A stretch of DNA of 64,000 bases from Candidatus Fervidibacter sp. GTDB lineage: Bacteria > Armatimonadota > Fervidibacteria > Fervidibacterales > Fervidibacteraceae. The number at the start of each line of letters is the position of its first letter. Position 1 is the stretch's first letter. A program made the position numbers and the translations under genes. The notes below the pieces were generated by a model, which worked only from the letters and a program-made list of their open reading frames with translations, made no database searches and was not told the DNA's origin. This document shows positions 12,301 through 18,841 of this stretch, one piece after another. Location of the stretch: positions 2,117 to 66,116 of the forward strand of contig JBGOEP010000003.1 in NCBI GenBank assembly GCA_041446735.1, in the 5' to 3' direction.

Positions 12301-15249
12301 CAGAAGACGAGCGAAGCGATGGGATTGTTGGATGCCGCTATTCAGCGCTTGCAATCTTTGGGGGTCTCCATCCCTCCCCTCTTGCGTGTCAGTCACACAG
12401 AAGAGCAGTTAAGCGAAACGCAATGGCGCATCAACTTCACCGTGACAAATTTGGGCGGTCAATCATCGCCACCTGTCACGGTGCGTTTCACCCCGACTTC
12501 AGGAATTCAGTTGAGCCAGACAACTTGGAGCCTCCTGTCCCTTGCCCCCAACGCTTCTCAAAGCCTCACCGTTACCGCTCAATTGCCTAACCGCATGGCT
12601 GGCGGATTGGGATTTGTTCGGGTGACCCTTGAACAGTTTGATGTTTCCTTCGTCCCGACCATCGTGCTTCTGACCACTGGAGATGCTGTGCCGCCGACCA
12701 TCACTGACCTAACTCCTCCCGACAATTCCACTGTCCGCACCCGCAGCCCAGTGATCGCCGCTTCCGTTGCCGATCCCATCTCAGGTTTGAACCTTGCGTC
12801 CCTGCGCATGACTTTGGACGGTCAACCCGTTGAGGCGAGTTATGATCCCACGACCCGCCGCTTCAGTTTCCGAGCACAAGACTTGGCTGAAGGTCAACAC
12901 ACTGTCACCGTGGAAGCGGCTGACAACGAAGGCAATATAAGCCGCAGGGAATGGCGATTTGTCGTTAACTTGTCGGCACCCATTGAAGTTACCGACCTCA
13001 CCCTCTCCCCAGAGCCTTTCAGCCCCGACGGCGACGGATTGGACGACACGCTGAGCATTTCGTTCAGGCTCAGTGGTGATGCCAATCTGACCGTGAAGGT
13101 GGTTGATAGCGCAGGCAACACAGTCAAGACGCTGTCTAACGAACAACCTTTCTCCGCTGGCGAACATACGCTGACTTGGGATGGGACGACAGATAGTGGA
13201 GAGCCCGCTCCCGATGGTGAATATACCGTTCAAATCACTGCCACTCCTCGTAGCCGTCAGCAACCGTTGGCGCAAAGCATTGCCCGACTAACCCGCAGCC
13301 CGTTGAGTATCACAAGCGTTTCCGTCACGCCCTCAACTATCCGCCTCACAAAGGAAACGGTCAACATCGCTTTCAACCTTTCCCAGCAAGCGACCGTGCA
13401 AGTGAAAGTCTATGCGGGTGAGAGCACCGAGGATGACGGTTTCGTCGTGCGGACTTTGACCTTGCCTAACGCCCCAAGGGGCACTAACACGGTCACTTGG
13501 GATGGGCGAACCGATGATGGGCGGTTCGTTGCTGCGGGCACATACACCATCGCCATTGAGGCTGATGCCGTTACGATGACCACGAGGCTTGCCTTGGCAG
13601 GTCAAGTGCGGGTGAGGAGTCTGCCAGATTTGATACCCGTCACCATCGTGACCTCGGAGCAAAATGGCTCAACGCGGCTGAGTGCTGTCGTCCGCAACAT
13701 CGGCGGGGAGACGGCTCAAAATGTCGTCGTCCGCTTCCTGCATCAAGATGTGCCTATCGGTGACGCAACCGTCTCAGAAATTCCTGCCAATGGCGAGGTG
13801 ACAGTGGAAATCCTTTGGGATGCCCATCGCGGTTTGCTCACCCGTGATGTGGTGGTTGTTGCCGACCCTGATGCCCGCATTGACGAGTTGGAGGAGTTCA
13901 ACAACCGCTTGCAAATGAGCGTGGAAGTGGCGCCGATGCGGATCACCCATTTGTTGCCTGAGGGTGTCGCATTGGTCTCCGTCCCCATCCAATTGCTTGA
14001 TCCATCACCCCAAGCCGTCTTTGGTTTCGCTTCCCCTGAAGAGACGAAAGTCGCTTGGTGGGACCCGCAAAAGGCTGGTGAAAGCAAGTATCGCTTTGCT
14101 AACGAACTTCCAGCCATAGAACCTGGCAAAGGTTACTTCGTGAAGTTGCCGAGCGAACGCGCCATTCAGTTGGCGGGCGTCCCTGTCAGGACACAAGACA
14201 ATGCCCCCCATGTTTTGAACCTGCAACCGGGCTGGAACTTAATCGGTTTACCTCGCCTCGGAAGCGTTGCCTTGAGGGATGTGCGTGTCAAGCGACCCAG
14301 CGACCCAGACACAGCCGCCATCGCTTTCGTTCAACCGGGCAACCCATTGGTTGAACCTTATGCGTGGACATACAGCAATGCCGAGCGGCGCTATCAGTTG
14401 GTCTACCCTGACATCGGTGAATTCAGCACGCTGGATGTCTTCAAGGGCTACTGGGTCTATGCCCACGAACCGTGCCAGTTGCTTATCCCCGCCCAAAGCC
14501 GCAGCGTTTTGGTGACACGGAAACGAAGCCAGATAGATGGCTGGTTCTTCCGCATTGAGGCGGAAGCGGGCGAGTTCAGGGATGTCGTTGTCATCGGCAA
14601 AAGCGCCAACCGAATGTGGGCGCAAAAGCCGCCAGCCAGCCCTGAAGGGCAAACAGTTAGGCTGAGTTTGGTGGACGAGCAAGGTCGGGCTTGGGGCGCT
14701 GTCGTTAGCGATGGCGACAGGCGAATGCGATGGCGGTTGCTGTTGGAAGCCGACAAGGGCGTTGAGAAAGTTGCGTTGAAATTCCCAGACTTGGGTTACT
14801 TGCCGAAGGGCTTGAGCGCTTACTTGGTGGACGAAACGACAGGGCAACGACGATACTTGCGGACGACGCCCGCTGTGACCGTCACCTTCACACCCAATCG
14901 GGGTATGGCTGAACGACGAATCTTCCAATTGGTCATCGTTGCGGGCGAAACGGGGTTGCTGCGCATCGTCGGGTTGAAAGCGGAATCCTTGCGGGGTCAG
15001 GGAGTTGCCATCCAATTCGGCTTAACCCGACCCGCCCAGACCCAAGTGGAAGTGTTGACTTTGACGGGACGACGCATCAGCCTCTTGGAGGCGTCTCAAC
15101 AGAGGACAGCGGGTCACCATCGGTTGTTGTGGCAACGCAACGGCATCAACGGTCAACCTATCCCGCAAGGGATTTATTTGGTGCGCATCACGGCGGTAGA
15201 CGAGGAGGGGCGACAAGTTCAAGCGACCACCACTTTGCACCTGCGATAA
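3388..15249 (+). CDS. Giant secreted multi-domain surface protein (~3950 aa): PKD, 8 tandem CARDB, NEW3-like, FN3-like, helical core, Ig/FlgD-Ig domains, CARDB, C-terminal FlgD-like domain
   Basis: 12 kb uninterrupted ORF; signal peptide ending PTAAQ; PKD motif (LDASAS..IVSYEWDLDNDG); eight PD(L/F/Y)xV...ExxExNN repeats at 4471-7135; WDGxTDxG FlgD-type motifs at 13170-13520. Start at ATG 3388 rather than 3253. Confidence 0.9.
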   Translation: MRGEQVVQRCRQSIVWAVVLVGLLGLFAFPTAAQEKRSPYALPSGRGISDGNFVARNDFLDINVGPRGSNYWAFQFAPNQWGDAVFSEHFPVWTPQWGGVSSFDMEVIQPFQELVPDRLAEAKLRYRRTDLNQELQILRRVQFEPGAVRQFRITYILTNTGNATIPDLRFFQIIDFDIVDPGGDYAWYNANSDTVFMNDDRYFRIGFFGSRRSDRHSTGFWSFVLNSDWTDGELNNQDRYPSTGTTDAGVGLQWNVGDLAPGQSWELTVTFVFGGAAGIQALIPDRTVGRGREVILDASASNSVDQIVSYEWDLDNDGEFDDATGVQVRWVFNQLGQFLIHVRVRDSAGRVDTDSATITVIPDVDLTVASLTVEPSENLKDGTPTTLKAVIRNTGVDPTSSGFYVRFLAGGRFVGERFVSNLAGGGQTEVALPWRARGGVQQLEAIADVYNNVPEVEESNNRSLLNMTPIPPADLTVTELALSPSENLVDGQQVQVTVTVTNNGADTVGDFIVRLFVDSGFFGERTISGGLVGGQSQTITVPLQVRARQRTVQAVVDAGDFVGESDEGNNSREISLPEIPLPDLTISDLTVSPAENLSHGQRVTLRATVQNIGATTLVPFRVEFQVAGETLTQSVAGLQGGQSTVVEAVWVAKAGQHTLRVFADTTRVIPESNEDNNVAERQLPEITAPDLSVTSIALNPQSGFVSGDTVTVAVTVQIGGTGRLIAPIPVILLDNGQRVGTRQLDAGLTAGQNVTLAFSWRVLPGAHTLRAVVDPDNILPEPNEENNATEQQVSEIPTPDFALNAVLVPENPFTGQPFRIQGSVRNGDIATRLNFSVIAEILDANDAIATTDRRNFSNGLPPNGSVDFTFGPFSRLFEWRKVRVRLVFEGNLADANPANDVATFNLPDVPPPDYAVTSVNAVLPPTIGYGQPVTIRINITNRGGNYRLPVGFTAGIPINVFLNDQLLGNAFVGGLDSDVETTVTFTWVIDRPVNNPTVKVILDPNRQFPDADRTNNEAQTSLTLTVERTDFVAESVRIVPEGVPAGRTARVEVVVRKGEGADYTGRLPVEVFVDGVSLGTQVADVRLNANEPMATFAFNWTVTPGQARRVRVVVDPRNEIVEADETNNTLETTVDYSATAPDFVVSSLTFEPQTGVQQGASVRFTVVIRNASAGAWASDVSVRVSFNTGFVRNFALSNLAPNEERQIVFDWLAVPGSDHVVTVEIDPENRVPESDETNNALTQRLNLTVAPRPILQLNLSAPPSLVGPGDRVVLSWEITNSGAAEGTATMTVSGLPDGWATVEPVSGLVPANGRLTGQLIITVPSNWSQSQTFAVTLQGQVGTLSLTATQNLRVETRPIITDISPANNQRLGSTTVTFTWRTQLPSTSEVYIKRPTDATYQRFEGEAGTFHRVVVSGLRRNTSYLFYVRSVSATGESQSEERRIFITSGVVFSQPEYSAEVRRDYDQHLTVAVINTDTRPHTVKVDLVDNPYDDAPAGLRGPGTFDEPATINPGEALTITFAAHFQDARQTDYTFRMRVQTVGEPESLTDEAIVRMRVRQPRANLQIVQIAEDPLTQVKTFRVTNIGDEPATDVTIRPNDLVAGQVGMQPLIEHAFLAPGQSIEFKIFPMLLPPGFRPFSPSDIIDARVTFENSVPYVGWNFRPFDLYILLNGVEIASLQNTIPLGVFSFPIPPQAIFPPDVGRSARLTMQPEEVRTLPAEAVQPIVQKLRSGFNLQVSYANRTQQIPIRFFDNPTRQAGGQFFIVEKGERMITQQVQATHCTNQPNVVVRFSNGILSAELNIRKSNFNDAHFLNASNFKLDICTRSFKVAVQANSETEARDIAERLCNVLTKTPPKPSTVSVELAGEGPPFKRGKPVRVRAVVTGDGEISVSTVVATFSNGDTPIALRAVSANSFEGVWIPTNIPAGTQTDQQGNIVFPVTVTVVASGCGQTATGSRETTVKVGGIQITIEKPKPEEGFRVDLPVNGEALVLIAGKVTDDENNGLRATVTAEFWFTELGRDVPRVSSETKQTSPEGSFAFGFTTRKPGELLVKLFANPENNRELQAFKRVQGFIAYKIQLEVAKDDYEFVRGQKDGSRINQSPIEIPSSETPDLKEIKVKVFAFQPNEENPPRLERKPLKDAVVKIVGGGSVRTNDAGIATVPVNSRANRVVEVTVDMKPKLDVKIAPVPKAFLARPEAEGQIWVFLGKNLSEPTYPQPTTPQVRSDYLVTGRKFKVTVDRDEKIATPLETNPVAHAVPYKPPQALNVGFIEVTVTAEDITEGESEPLYRAEAKFRVFRDAFLTFHKEGFKDPEPRKVDLVEQNGLRVLPGIIEGFLVALKPGRPIVGADATLTYPDLEQTVKTQGQYQRPQDAEVQPDAGKFRFEVDTNRPTWSLTDPVRMSFIPEIDRLANSVNQQIGSLGYRLPDFNERFGFGTEFPYLWELRYQTDPEKVRKVIEAAQRLQAYAELVGTAHPNMKEYVKEAVKAIVNFVIDLITGKIADIITSSIKAGKGIGFTNSLKETIYQRFSRADLPPGTLDLIPAIINDAIATSIRRHKGLTDEALGDVVIYLKARTSLTDQEIEKVMEVLMDYRKDLHEAVSSMVSSGLKADLKGAIQSALSALGFNLKTNNGLLAKIIDEVLEKVAEALQAGANITSWVSNLPDLVAEGLISFPLVPEVHTDNLLAFPLLPGIGYRSRTQQSLETLLSRFGKYEFQGDTPTLVGKIQAAKQNVAGVRQVFDTVTSPISNITRAIANHFDRQQVLTGQEHFFNKAAQFVASIVDEILPIKTLLTVVLAPVAVSATEQLQILAFRDALGAPYPPFPGGITPDQILGSSLAYILNFVSGGGRLAPLPSRSRQLSEYADIVNQIKAALQQNNYERVLQLAPALASASAAVADAMRAKDVLVLTAVPVAHERDGNFPASARQASQAADQSDVARRRFLLQLGSYLAAEDEEARDRALSAADEALQKTSEAMGLLDAAIQRLQSLGVSIPPLLRVSHTEEQLSETQWRINFTVTNLGGQSSPPVTVRFTPTSGIQLSQTTWSLLSLAPNASQSLTVTAQLPNRMAGGLGFVRVTLEQFDVSFVPTIVLLTTGDAVPPTITDLTPPDNSTVRTRSPVIAASVADPISGLNLASLRMTLDGQPVEASYDPTTRRFSFRAQDLAEGQHTVTVEAADNEGNISRREWRFVVNLSAPIEVTDLTLSPEPFSPDGDGLDDTLSISFRLSGDANLTVKVVDSAGNTVKTLSNEQPFSAGEHTLTWDGTTDSGEPAPDGEYTVQITATPRSRQQPLAQSIARLTRSPLSITSVSVTPSTIRLTKETVNIAFNLSQQATVQVKVYAGESTEDDGFVVRTLTLPNAPRGTNTVTWDGRTDDGRFVAAGTYTIAIEADAVTMTTRLALAGQVRVRSLPDLIPVTIVTSEQNGSTRLSAVVRNIGGETAQNVVVRFLHQDVPIGDATVSEIPANGEVTVEILWDAHRGLLTRDVVVVADPDARIDELEEFNNRLQMSVEVAPMRITHLLPEGVALVSVPIQLLDPSPQAVFGFASPEETKVAWWDPQKAGESKYRFANELPAIEPGKGYFVKLPSERAIQLAGVPVRTQDNAPHVLNLQPGWNLIGLPRLGSVALRDVRVKRPSDPDTAAIAFVQPGNPLVEPYAWTYSNAERRYQLVYPDIGEFSTLDVFKGYWVYAHEPCQLLIPAQSRSVLVTRKRSQIDGWFFRIEAEAGEFRDVVVIGKSANRMWAQKPPASPEGQTVRLSLVDEQGRAWGAVVSDGDRRMRWRLLLEADKGVEKVALKFPDLGYLPKGLSAYLVDETTGQRRYLRTTPAVTVTFTPNRGMAERRIFQLVIVAGETGLLRIVGLKAESLRGQGVAIQFGLTRPAQTQVEVLTLTGRRISLLEASQQRTAGHHRLLWQRNGINGQPIPQGIYLVRITAVDEEGRQVQATTTLHLR

Positions 15250-15439
15250 AGTGCGCAAGGGAAGACGCAACAATCAACTGCAAATCGCACCTACAGGCAA
15301 AGCGTCGCTGCCACCTTGCCTTTTGGCAATTTTAGGAGGCGTCGCTTTTGCCCCAGCGGTTATCGTCCCGCCAGACCGACGACCGCTTTGAGCGTTCTTT
15401 CGTCCTTCGCCAACCGCAAACTTAGGGGTGCGTTTTCCG

Positions 15440-15589
15440 CCCTTAACCCTTTCCTGCGATGGGAGGGCTTGGGAGGCAAGCACTTCCCGACGCACCGAGG
15501 TAAATTTTCGGCGGTTGGAGAGCACTGCCCCGAACCTTTTGGCTTATCAAGGGCACGACCTTTCCCGATGCCGATGGGGTGAATGGGGC
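15440..15589 (+). ncRNA. Candidate 6S-like rod-shaped structured RNA
   Basis: Manual pairing: apical CCGAGG-TAAA-TTTTCGG; GGAGGCA/TGCCCC; CTTG/CAAG; GGGAGGG/CTTTCCC; terminal CCCTTAACCC/GGGGTGAATGGGG; asymmetric 3' bubble GAACCTTTTGGCTTAT. No covariance search was run. Confidence 0.35.
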
Positions 15590-16612
15590 ATGGCAGAAAA
15601 GTCATGGCTGGCTGAAGGGTTTCGTTGGTGGCAAAACCTATGGCTCACTCAACGGCAAGGGATTTGGGATGCGCTCGTCCTCGTGGGCGCTTTGGTCGGC
15701 GGGAAACTTGTGGGCATTATCGTTCGGGCGTGGCTGAAACGCCTCGGCATAGACGACCTTTTGCGGACACCCTTCGCCCCAAACCGTCCTCGCCCCAAAG
15801 AGCCGTCCGATGTCGCTGGCTACCTTTGTGTCGGAACGGTTTGGTCAATCGCCCTTTGGTGGATCACCCGACAGCATGGACTTTCCCAAATCGCCGACAG
15901 TTTGCTCACCTTGACGGGACGCCTTTGGTTTATCGCCCTCGCTTTGGGCGCTGCGTTGTGGCTGAGCAACTGGATCAAACAAAGCGTGGCGAGCCTTTTG
16001 CAACATCCCGTCGTCCGTGAGCGCGTAGATGCCGTCGCCCCTGAGGTGCGGGAGCGGTTGTCCGAGGCAGTTTTGCGGGCGACAAACGGAGCCGTTGCAG
16101 TGCTTTTGTGCCTGCTGGCACTTCTGGCATCCACTGAATTGCTGGGCATGACAGCGACGGCTCAAGCCCTTCAAGCCATCTGGGAATTGGTGCTACGGTT
16201 AGCGATAGCCTGCCTTATCCTTGCCACCGGTTGGGTTGGTTTGAAGCGGTTGCACGAGATGAGCCAGATGCTGAGGGATTTGCCGAGGGACGAACGCTCG
16301 CTTCGGTTGGGCGTCATGGCAGCGGCGCTCATCTTTGCCCTTGCGCTCTTGACAGGTGGCGGGGGGACGCTCCTTGCCCTGGCACTTTTCGCCTTGCTGG
16401 TGGTGTTGCTGTTTCCCTTGCGAGAATACCTGCCCGATTTGTGGGCGGCAGTGATGCTGAAGGCGCATCAAGTCCAGCAAGTCACGATGGACGGAACGGT
16501 AATGCAAGTTCGGCAAATCGGTTGGCTGGTGACGACTTTGCAGGCGGGCGAAATGGAGTTGCGCCGACCCAACCGAGAAGTTTTGCGAGCCTTCCTGCAA
16601 AAGGCGTCGTGA
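15590..16612 (+). CDS. Membrane protein with TM_helix repeats and MscS-like C-terminal beta domain
   Basis: Multiple TM helices; VRAWLKRLGIDD (CmpX/TM_helix-like); C-terminal VRQIGWLVTTL..PNREV. Start moved to ATG 15590. Confidence 0.6.
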   Translation: MAEKSWLAEGFRWWQNLWLTQRQGIWDALVLVGALVGGKLVGIIVRAWLKRLGIDDLLRTPFAPNRPRPKEPSDVAGYLCVGTVWSIALWWITRQHGLSQIADSLLTLTGRLWFIALALGAALWLSNWIKQSVASLLQHPVVRERVDAVAPEVRERLSEAVLRATNGAVAVLLCLLALLASTELLGMTATAQALQAIWELVLRLAIACLILATGWVGLKRLHEMSQMLRDLPRDERSLRLGVMAAALIFALALLTGGGGTLLALALFALLVVLLFPLREYLPDLWAAVMLKAHQVQQVTMDGTVMQVRQIGWLVTTLQAGEMELRRPNREVLRAFLQKAS

Positions 16613-16628
16613 ACGGAGATGAGGGCGA

Positions 16629-18449
16629 ATGAGGCGATGGATGCTCATCGGTTTGCTGCTACTTGTCGGAAACGCGGGGGCGCAATTCATCCCGCCCTAC
16701 ATCGCCGATTACCGCATCCACATTGACCTGCACGCCGACAGCACCTTGACGGTGACGGAGACGATTGCCGTCAACTTCGGGCAATTGCCCCGTCATGGCA
16801 TTTATCGCAAAGTGCCCTATCGCTACAGCCGAAAAGTCAAGGGCATCCCGTTGCGTTACGACTTACGGATGCGGTTGCAATCGGTCACCGATGCCAAGGG
16901 TCAGGCGCTCCCTGTCAAGGTTTGGCGGGAAGGAGACTACCTTGTCTGGCGCATCGGCGATCCCAACCGAACTGTCACGGGTTTGCAAACTTACCGCCTC
17001 ACTTACACCGTCGCCCGCGCCATCAACACTTTTCCCGACCACGACGAACTTTATTGGAACGCGACGGGCAACGAATGGGAGTGGGACATCGCCCGCGCCC
17101 TTTGCATCGTGACGCTGCCAGAAAGCGTGGACGCTCGCAAGGTGCGGTTCACCTTTTACACGGGATGGCTCGGTTCACGAGCGCAGAATGGTCGGGCGTG
17201 GATGGAAGACCGTCGGATTGTTTTTGCGACAGATATGTTGCGGCAAGGCGAAGGGTTGACAGTGGTCGTCGGCGTCCCCAAAGGCGCTTTGCGTCCGCCG
17301 TCGTTGCTGCGGCAAACGGTTTGGTGGCTGATGGACAATTGGATGTTCATCGTGGCGGCGTTGTTGCCGTTGCTGACTTTGGGCTGGATGGGCTGGAACT
17401 ACTGGCACTATGGGCGCGACCCCATCTGGCGGGAAGCCCTCGTCCCGCAATATCGCCCACCCGACAACTTGACGCCTGCGGAAGTCGGCGTCTTGCTGGA
17501 CGAACGCGCCGACAACATTGACATCGTGGCGACGGTCATTGACCTTGCCGTCAAGGGTTACCTGAAAATCCGCGAGGTGCAAACGACCAAGTTTCTGTTT
17601 TTGCGCGGCACCGACTACGAGTTCGTCTTTTTGCGGGATGGCGACGGTTTGAAAGACCACGAGCAAATCGTTTTGGACGGGCTGCGGAAGCGGCGCACAA
17701 AACAAAAAGCAAAGTTGGGTATCGGCGAGGCGACACAATCGGTGCGCCTTTCGGAGTTGCGGGAGCGGTTTTATCCCTACCTGCAAAACGCCAAGACGGT
17801 GCTTTATCGCTCGCTGACGCGGGGCGGCTATTTCGCCAGCAATCCAGAGACGGTGCGAAGTGGCTATTTGGCATCAGGCATCGTCGTAGCAGCCCTTGGG
17901 GTCCTCATAGCATTTTGGGCGGGAAGCGTGTTAGCGGAGGTGGGTTGGGTCGGTGCTTTGGCGCTGGCTATCAGTGCGATGTTGTCAGGCGGGTTCATTA
18001 TGCTCTTTGCGCCTGCCATGCCTCGCAAAACCACCAAAGGGGCGCGAGCCCTTTGGCACATCCTCGGCTTCCGCGAATTCATCCGACGGGTGGAGCGCGA
18101 CCGATTGGAACGGATGCTGCAGGAAGACCCGACACTTTTTGACCGAGTGTTGCCTTATGCCCTCGTCTTTGGCATCGCCGATGAGTGGGCGGAAAAGTTT
18201 GAGGGCTTGTTGCAAAAGCCGCCTGAATGGTTTGAGTCGGAGCGATGGACGCCGACGGCTTTCACGCCCCGCACTTTTGTTTACAGCCTCGGCGACAGTG
18301 TGTCCACGATGAACAGCGTCTTTCCATCCACGCCCGCCCGCAGTTCGGGTTCGGGCGCTGGCGGCGGGTTCAGCGGGTTTGGTGGCGGTGGTGGGGGCGG
18401 CGGCTTTTCGGGCGGCGGGTTCGGTGGCGGCGGAGGCGGCGGTTGGTGA
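16629..18449 (+). CDS. DUF2207 family membrane protein
   Basis: Signal peptide, IADYRIHI..VTETI, ELYWNATG..W, PPDNLTPAEVG, LPYALVFG..W and the family-typical GGGFGGGGGGGW end. Confidence 0.9.
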   Translation: MRRWMLIGLLLLVGNAGAQFIPPYIADYRIHIDLHADSTLTVTETIAVNFGQLPRHGIYRKVPYRYSRKVKGIPLRYDLRMRLQSVTDAKGQALPVKVWREGDYLVWRIGDPNRTVTGLQTYRLTYTVARAINTFPDHDELYWNATGNEWEWDIARALCIVTLPESVDARKVRFTFYTGWLGSRAQNGRAWMEDRRIVFATDMLRQGEGLTVVVGVPKGALRPPSLLRQTVWWLMDNWMFIVAALLPLLTLGWMGWNYWHYGRDPIWREALVPQYRPPDNLTPAEVGVLLDERADNIDIVATVIDLAVKGYLKIREVQTTKFLFLRGTDYEFVFLRDGDGLKDHEQIVLDGLRKRRTKQKAKLGIGEATQSVRLSELRERFYPYLQNAKTVLYRSLTRGGYFASNPETVRSGYLASGIVVAALGVLIAFWAGSVLAEVGWVGALALAISAMLSGGFIMLFAPAMPRKTTKGARALWHILGFREFIRRVERDRLERMLQEDPTLFDRVLPYALVFGIADEWAEKFEGLLQKPPEWFESERWTPTAFTPRTFVYSLGDSVSTMNSVFPSTPARSSGSGAGGGFSGFGGGGGGGGFSGGGFGGGGGGGW

Positions 18450-18830
18450 AAACGGCAGCGATTGGCGAATAGCGAGTGGCGAATGGTCAAACGGCAGCGA
18501 TTGGCGACAGGCGATTAGCGACTGGTCAAAACGACAGTGACTGGCGATTGGCGATTAGCGACTGGTCAAAACGGCAGCGAAGGGCGAATTGTTGGAGCGA
18601 ATATCAGCCGCGACAGAAAAAGCAGCCACGACGAAAAAAAAACGGCAGCGAATGGCGATTAGCGACGGGCGAATGGTCAAACGGCAGCGACGGGCGATTA
18701 GCGACTGGTGAACGGCAACGAAGGGCGAATTGTTGGATCGGCTATCAGCCGCGACAGAAAAAACAGCCACGACGGAAAACGGCAGCAGCCACGACGAAAA
18801 CAATCAGCCACGACGGGAAACCGAAGCGGA
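18450..18830. repeat. Composite intergenic repeat array of GCGAnnG heptamers, AAACGGCA units and CAGCCACGAC units
   Basis: GCGATTG GCGAATA GCGAGTG GCGAATG blocks separated by GTCAAA(A)CGGCA; ~60 bp higher-order duplication at about 18574-18633 and 18715-18775; lies between convergent genes. Confidence 0.9.
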
Positions 18831-18841
18831 TGGGTTAGCCA

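Noticed and set aside
15370-15415. c-di-GMP-I-like text on the minus strand (GGCGAA..GAAA..CAAAGC)
   Set aside because: Stem pairing is poor and no minus-strand gene starts downstream.
15543-15575. SAM-I riboswitch-like CTTATCAAG...CCCGATG
   Set aside because: The GAGGGA kink-turn and GCAACC elements are missing, and it lies too close to the ATG for the full aptamer.
18340-18449. Gly/Ser-rich low-complexity tail
   Set aside because: This is a normal C-terminal feature of DUF2207 proteins.
18450-18720. CRISPR-like alternation of a constant unit (GTCAAAACGGCA) with variable spacers
   Set aside because: The constant part is only about 12-18 bp, the spacers are themselves heptamer repeats of uneven length, and there are no cas genes or leader in the window.
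18476-18838. ORFs of 120 aa and 82 aa across the repeat array
   Set aside because: They are low-complexity translations of the DNA repeat with no RBS or domain.
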